Positions 59,153-64,000 of a stretch of 64,000 nucleotides of DNA are shown piece by piece. The notes below the pieces were generated by a model. The model did no database searches. It was not told where the DNA came from and saw only the letters and a program-made list of their open reading frames with translations. Location: NCBI GenBank assembly GCA_017555825.1, contig JAFZFQ010000021.1:64459-128458 (forward strand). Reading direction: 5' to 3'. Origin of the DNA: Bacteroidaceae bacterium. GTDB lineage: Bacteria > Bacteroidota > Bacteroidia > Bacteroidales > Barnesiellaceae_A. The translations under genes and the position numbers were made by a program. The number at the start of each line of letters is the position of its first letter. Positions within the stretch are counted from its first letter, which is position 1.

Positions 59153-59240
59153 CATAAAATTTCATCAATTCACAATAAGGATTATTCCGTTGTGAAAACA
59201 TTTAAAGTGGGGGTAGATTTATGCTGCTCTCGCTTTTTTT
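59153..59240 (+). ncRNA. predicted tracrRNA
   Basis: 59156-59175 (AAAATTTCATCAATTCACAA) is a perfect reverse complement of repeat positions 2-21, extendable to ~24 bp with G:U pairs. It is followed by AAGGATTATTCCGTT, which resembles the SpCas9 tracrRNA nexus AAGGCTAGTCCGTT. Then comes the stem GTGGGGGTAG (59207-59216) / CTGCTCTCGC (59224-59233) and a T7 run (59234-59240). The 5' end is approximate. Confidence 0.8.
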
Positions 59241-59359
59241 GTGTGAGCGAGTTGCGGGAAATAAAAGCTTTTTAACACACCTATCACGATTTGTTGCACA
59301 TGTGTGGCGGTACATTTGCAGTGTTAACCGATGTTTAACCTTGACAAATACATACTGCT

Positions 59360-59635
59360 ATGATGACTGCAATGGAACGTTTTGTGATGCAACCGAGTGA
59401 ATGTGCGGGCTGGTGGATGGTGGTGGATACTGCCAATTTTATTTCGGTGCGATTTAAGGCGGGCGAGTTTGACGAGACGATGCTGCCCATTATCCACTCT
59501 ATGCCTGGCGACACTGCCAAGAGCAAGGCCGAGAGGATGATACGATCGATTACCGACATTGAGCAGTACATGGACGAGTTTCACCACGATATAGCTTTCG
59601 GCAAGGCGAGTCGTGCAGTGTCGTGGGCTTTCTGA
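59360..59635 (+). CDS. small hypothetical protein (91 aa)
   Basis: A TACATTTG box at 59311-59318 lies 42 nt upstream of the ATG. Composition looks host-like, unlike the AT-rich cas block. I recognise no motifs. Confidence 0.5.
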   Translation: MMTAMERFVMQPSECAGWWMVVDTANFISVRFKAGEFDETMLPIIHSMPGDTAKSKAERMIRSITDIEQYMDEFHHDIAFGKASRAVSWAF

Positions 59636-59795
59636 CGTGGCACGGGCTCTGTGATGCAGATTGGGTTGTTACATTAGAGTAGAACTGTGTGGCATCGAAA
59701 AAGAAAATCGAACAAGTTCGCTTCTTTTTCACTCACCTTTCACTATCTTTGCCACACAGATATAGGTAACAACATTAAAATCACTTTATAATCGT

Positions 59796-61229
59796 ATGAA
59801 ACGCATTCTACTTTCTGCAGCAACATTGCTTGCTGTATCGATGAGCCTTGTGAGCTGTTGCAACAAGTGCTCGCAAACTCCTGCCGAGGTTACTAACGAC
59901 GAGGTTATCTTGCACGCTTGGTCGTGGTCGTTCAATACCATTGGCGAGAATATGAAGTTGATAGCCGAGGCGGGCTACGACATGGTGCAAACTTCGCCTG
60001 CACAAACATGCTTTGTGGGTGAGGATGGCGGCCTTGCTCTGTGGAGCGAGGAGGGCGATGCCGTACGTGGCAAATGGTACTACTACTACCAACCCATCGA
60101 CTGGAAGATTGGTAACTATATGCTGGGCTCGCGCGACGAATTTAAGGCTATGTGCGATAGCGCCCACAAATATGGTGTGCGCGTGCTTGTAGACGTGTTG
60201 CCCAACCACGTTGCCATAGACCACACTGCTGTGACCGCTGCTCTTGATAGTGTAGTAGGTGGCCATGAGAACTTGTTCCACGCCAACGGCTTTACCGATA
60301 TTACTCAATGGAACGACCGCTTTGAGTGTACTACAGGTATGATGGGTAAACTGCCCGACGTGAATACCGAGAATCCCGAGTTTCAATACTACTACATGAA
60401 GTATGTAAACGACCTCATCGCTTGTGGCGCTCGTGGCTTCCGCTACGACACTGCCAAGCACATAGGCTTGCCCAGCGACCCCACCGACGAGAAATCGGAG
60501 CGTAACAACTTCTGGGACATTGCCACCGGTCGCGAGGCTATCAAAGACATCACATTGCTCTACCCCGACAGCCTCTTTATCTATGGCGAGGTGTTGCAAG
60601 ACAAGAACGTAAAGGAACTTGAGTATGCCGAGTATATGGACCTCACTGCCAGCAACTATGGCGGTGCATTGCGTCATGCACTCGAACAACACAACTACCA
60701 CGCTGCCGACTTGGCTCAATGGCACCACCCCGTAGCCCCCAACCGCTTGGTAACATGGGTCGAGTCGCACGACACCTATTGCAATGGCCATGAGTCGGCC
60801 GGTATCAGCGACGAGCTCATTCGCCAAGGATATGTATTCCTCACTGCTCGTCAAAACGGCACACCCTTGTTCTACAGCCGTCCTGCCGGTAGCACTCGCG
60901 ACAACTACTACGGCAACAACCGCGTAGGCGACCGTGGTAACGACGAGTTCTTCCATCCCGAGGTTGTAGCTGCCATCGCATTCCGCAAGGCTATGAGCGG
61001 TTGCGCCGAGCAAGTAGAAGCATCGGAAAACGGTGCTGTTATCGAGGTATTGCGCGCCGACAAGGGTGCAACCCTCATCAACATCAGCGAGGAGGCACAA
61101 AGCATTGCCATGACAACCACCCTCCCCGCAGGCGAGTATACCGACAAGGTACACAACACAACATTTACTGTAGCCGACGGCATCATCAGTGGCGAGTTAG
61201 CCCCCCTTGCATCGTACGTTATTTACTAA
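59796..61229 (+). CDS. alpha-amylase, GH13 family lipoprotein
   Basis: 477 aa with lipobox LVSC. The GH13 regions are VDVLPNHVA (I), GFRYDTAKHI (II), YGEVL (III) and WVESHD (IV). A TATCTTTG box lies at 59744-59751. Confidence 0.9.
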   Translation: MKRILLSAATLLAVSMSLVSCCNKCSQTPAEVTNDEVILHAWSWSFNTIGENMKLIAEAGYDMVQTSPAQTCFVGEDGGLALWSEEGDAVRGKWYYYYQPIDWKIGNYMLGSRDEFKAMCDSAHKYGVRVLVDVLPNHVAIDHTAVTAALDSVVGGHENLFHANGFTDITQWNDRFECTTGMMGKLPDVNTENPEFQYYYMKYVNDLIACGARGFRYDTAKHIGLPSDPTDEKSERNNFWDIATGREAIKDITLLYPDSLFIYGEVLQDKNVKELEYAEYMDLTASNYGGALRHALEQHNYHAADLAQWHHPVAPNRLVTWVESHDTYCNGHESAGISDELIRQGYVFLTARQNGTPLFYSRPAGSTRDNYYGNNRVGDRGNDEFFHPEVVAAIAFRKAMSGCAEQVEASENGAVIEVLRADKGATLINISEEAQSIAMTTTLPAGEYTDKVHNTTFTVADGIISGELAPLASYVIY

Positions 61230-61248
61230 TTTTATCGCAACAATAGAG

Positions 61249-61290
61249 ACAACATCGGCACGCTCAATAGGGTGTCGATGTTGTTTTTTT
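61249..61290 (+). terminator. rho-independent terminator after the amylase gene
   Basis: ACAACATCG-…-CGATGTTGT followed by TTTTTT. Confidence 0.75.
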
Positions 61291-61334
61291 AAAGGTTTTG
61301 TATTAACTTCGCACCGATAATAACACCCCGGCGC

Positions 61335-61982
61335 ATGACAATAGACCAGCACACCGACGCACTCATTTTCGACATGGACGGCACCATGTGGGATGCGGTA
61401 GACACGTATGCCGAGATATGGAACATGGCGTTTGAACGCGAAGGCATAGAACGTCGCATCACTCGCGACGACCTCTTGGCTCTCATAGGTACTCCCATCG
61501 ACGACATTATGCGACACTTTGTACCCGCCGAGCGCGTAGAACACCTATTGCGAGTCATAGCCGAGTTGGTTGTGACCCAACTGCCCCGATTGGGAGGCAA
61601 GCTGTATGAAGGCGTGCAAAAGGGTATCGCCACGCTTGCGCAGCACTACAAGCTATTTATGCTGAGCAACTGCGACGAGCTCGAACTACCCATTTTCGTG
61701 CGATATGCCGGTATAGAGTCGCACATAACCGACACCATTGCCTACGGCAACACACGCCTTCGCAAGGCCGAGAACATGCGTCTGCTGGCCGAGAAGTACC
61801 ACCTACAACACCCCGTATACATAGGCGATACCGATGGCGACTGCAACGAGGCACACCGCGCCGGCGTTCCCTTTGTGTGGATGAGTTACGGATTTGGCAC
61901 TACAGACAAGGCGCAACTACAGTTCGACCACTTTAGCGACTTTGTAGAACACTTTGTCAAACTCAAACAACCCAACAAGTAA
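61335..61982 (+). CDS. HAD-superfamily hydrolase (phosphatase)
   Basis: 215 aa. Motif I is IFDMDGTMWD, motif II LSN and motif IV YIGDTDGD. Confidence 0.75.
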   Translation: MTIDQHTDALIFDMDGTMWDAVDTYAEIWNMAFEREGIERRITRDDLLALIGTPIDDIMRHFVPAERVEHLLRVIAELVVTQLPRLGGKLYEGVQKGIATLAQHYKLFMLSNCDELELPIFVRYAGIESHITDTIAYGNTRLRKAENMRLLAEKYHLQHPVYIGDTDGDCNEAHRAGVPFVWMSYGFGTTDKAQLQFDHFSDFVEHFVKLKQPNK

Positions 61983-62009
61983 GTAATAAACCTTAAAATA
62001 AAACACATC

Positions 62010-63185
62010 ATGTACACTCCCGAATTTGCTCCCGAAGTAAGCATTCGCAAGAACAAAATTGTAGCCGCACTCAAGGCTATGAATACCGATGCTATTCTCT
62101 TAGGTACCAACGTAAACAACTACTATATCGCAGGCCGCGTATTCAGCGGCTATGTATACATCAATAGTGAGGGCTTCATGCACTACTATGTAAAGCGCCC
62201 CGCACTCTTGAAGGGCGACAACGTGACTTACATACGCAAGCCCGAGGATATACCCGCACTCTTGCAACAAGCAGGCGTACCCATGCCCGCCACTCTCGCA
62301 CTCGAAATGAACTTCATGTCGTATAGCGATGTTACTCGCTTGGCCAAGTCATTCCCCGAGGCAACAGCCACCAACGGCTCGGCTATCATGAGCTATGTGC
62401 GTTCTACCAAGACACCCTATGAAATAGAGAAGATACGCATATCGGCCCAAGGTCACATGAGTGTATACAAGAACTTGCAAGGCATATACCGTCCCGGCAT
62501 GACCGATGCCGAATTGCAAATAGAGATAGAATCGCGCTTGCGTCGCGCCGGATGCTTGGGTATCTTCCGCGTAGCAGGCCCCAGCATGGAAGTCTTCATG
62601 GGTAGCCTCATCAGTGGCGACAATGCCGACAACCCCTCACCCTACGACTTTGCCATGGGTGGTGCAGGTCTCGACAGCTCACTGCCCGGCGGTTGCAACG
62701 GCACTGTGATAGAGCCCGGTATGAGTACAATGGTAGACCTCTGTGGTAACTTCACCGGCTACATGAGCGACATCTCGCGCACATACTCGGTAGGTACACT
62801 CAGCGAGTTGGCTCAACGTGCACACCAATGCTCACTCGACATACACCATGCCGTAGTAGCCATGGCACGTCCCGGAGTAAAAGCTGCCGACATCTACAAC
62901 CTCACCCGCACAATGGCCGAGGAAGCCGGTCTCGGCGAGTATTTCATGGGCCACAACCAACAAGCCGGCTTTGTGGGTCATGGTGTAGGTATCGAAATCA
63001 ACGAGTCGCCCGTATTGGCACCCCGTTCACGCGACGTGCTCGAAGAGGGCAACGTGATAGCCCTTGAGCCCAAATTTGTCATTCCCGGCACAGGCGCTGT
63101 AGGTATCGAGAACACATACCTCATCACCGCCGATGGTATTGAAAACCTCACCGACTTCACCGAGGAGATTATGCCCCTCGACTGA
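62010..63185 (+). CDS. M24-family Xaa-Pro aminopeptidase
   Basis: 391 aa with a creatinase-like N-domain and a pita-bread C-domain. Metal-ligand blocks are VDLCGNFTGYMSDISRT, GHGVGIEINE and ALEP...IENT. Confidence 0.85.
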   Translation: MYTPEFAPEVSIRKNKIVAALKAMNTDAILLGTNVNNYYIAGRVFSGYVYINSEGFMHYYVKRPALLKGDNVTYIRKPEDIPALLQQAGVPMPATLALEMNFMSYSDVTRLAKSFPEATATNGSAIMSYVRSTKTPYEIEKIRISAQGHMSVYKNLQGIYRPGMTDAELQIEIESRLRRAGCLGIFRVAGPSMEVFMGSLISGDNADNPSPYDFAMGGAGLDSSLPGGCNGTVIEPGMSTMVDLCGNFTGYMSDISRTYSVGTLSELAQRAHQCSLDIHHAVVAMARPGVKAADIYNLTRTMAEEAGLGEYFMGHNQQAGFVGHGVGIEINESPVLAPRSRDVLEEGNVIALEPKFVIPGTGAVGIENTYLITADGIENLTDFTEEIMPLD

Positions 63186-63228
63186 TTTTAGATATAGAAC
63201 ATACAACCCTACAAATCTTGTAACAGCT

Positions 63229-64000
63229 ATGCACAAGCACCTCGAACAACCTGTATTCAGACTCATAGGCCAAGTAGCCGATGAATTGCAACGCCCATGC
63301 TTTGTGATAGGCGGATATGTGCGCGATATCGTACTATGCCGTCAATCGAAAGATATTGATGTTGTGACATTGGGCAGTGGCATAGAACTCGCCGAGGCCT
63401 TGTGCAAGAAGCTGGGACGCCGCGCACACTTGTCGGTATTTCGCAATTTTGGCACAGCACAAGTCAAGTATCGCAACGGCAAGGAGATGTGGGAGGTAGA
63501 GTTTGTGGGAGCACGACGCGAGTCATACTCGCACGACTCTCGCAAGCCCATTGTAGAAGATGGCACACTGCAAGACGACCAAAACCGTCGCGACTTCACT
63601 ATCAACGCCTTGGCTCTGTGCCTCAACAGCGACCGTTATGGCGAGTTGGTAGACCCCTTCGATGGTATGGGAGATATAGAGCGTGAGATTATACGCACAC
63701 CGCTCGACCCCGACATCACCTTCAGCGACGACCCCTTGCGCATGATGCGTGCCATACGATTTGCCACACAACTCAACTTCCGCATATACCCCGACACCTT
63801 CGATGCGATAAAGAGAAATAAAGAGCGTATAAAGATAATTTCTCGCGAACGCATTGCCGACGAGTTGGGCAAGATAATGCGATCGGACATTCCCTCACGT
63901 GGATTTATCCTCCTCGACGAGAGTGGCTTGTTGCCCTACATCTGCCCCGAATTGGCAGCACTGAAAGGTAGCGAAACCATCGACGGACACGGACACAAAG
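63229..64000 (+). CDS. tRNA nucleotidyltransferase / poly(A) polymerase family protein (CCA-adding type), 3'-truncated by the window end
   Basis: I translated this manually from the ATG at 63229 and it stays open to the window end: MHKHLEQPVFRLIGQVADEL...FVIGGYVRD...DIDVV...RRDFTINAL...DDPLRMMRAIRFA. These are the head-domain motifs of the family. It is not in the supplied ORF track because no stop is reached. Confidence 0.8.
   Translation, partial: MHKHLEQPVFRLIGQVADELQRPCFVIGGYVRDIVLCRQSKDIDVVTLGSGIELAEALCKKLGRRAHLSVFRNFGTAQVKYRNGKEMWEVEFVGARRESYSHDSRKPIVEDGTLQDDQNRRDFTINALALCLNSDRYGELVDPFDGMGDIEREIIRTPLDPDITFSDDPLRMMRAIRFATQLNFRIYPDTFDAIKRNKERIKIISRERIADELGKIMRSDIPSRGFILLDESGLLPYICPELAALKGSETIDGHGHK

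Noticed and set aside
59808-61154. 448-aa minus-strand ORF antisense to the alpha-amylase gene
   Set aside because: The + strand gene has a lipoprotein signal, all four GH13 conserved regions, a promoter box and a terminator. The antisense ORF is V/G/A-rich with no motifs, typical of a mirror-frame artefact. The same reasoning applies to 30791-31642 (antisense to hutH), 10942-11826 (antisense to gldM), 35196-36017 and 28916-29710.

Overview
This 64-kb chromosomal window reads as a Bacteroidota (Bacteroidales-like) genome. Many genes are preceded by the Bacteroides-type -7 promoter box TAnnTTTG. There is a complete porP/sprF-gldK-gldL-gldM-gldN type IX secretion (T9SS) core operon and a leucine-rich-repeat cargo protein with a T9SS C-terminal sorting domain. 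Most of the ~55 protein genes are housekeeping: the hutU-ftcD-hutI-cyclodeaminase-hutH histidine utilisation operon, fhs, folD, purC, ubiE, mutY, uvrB, nfo, dprA, hflX, ffh, mdh, bamD, an rpoZ-like gene and tsaC. There is one tmRNA (tag GENTYALAA). No rRNA, tRNA, integrase or transposase was seen. The accessory content is as follows. (1) A complete, visibly AT-rich type II-C CRISPR-Cas locus: cas9 (1502 aa)-cas1-cas2 on the minus strand; an array of 15 identical 47-nt repeats, one degenerate terminal repeat and 15 spacers at 51984-53177; and a predicted tracrRNA at ~59153-59240, divergent from cas9. Each repeat carries a TAnnTTTG box, which suggests repeat-embedded crRNA promoters. (2) An AT-rich two-gene island at 2171-3150 encoding a GHKL ATPase/kinase and a STAS-like (DUF4325) partner. 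(3) A 2.07-kb segment bounded by 84-bp direct repeats (83/84 identical). It carries a DUF4143-type AAA ATPase gene and five 17-bp repeats phased at 32-33 bp. (4) An ~85-bp promoter-box/hairpin/T-tract element, tandem at 38584-38765 and single at 23487-23585. (5) A tri-haem cytochrome c peroxidase directly downstream of its own ccsB/ccsA maturation genes. Coordinates of RNA ends, promoters and terminators are read by eye and are approximate.
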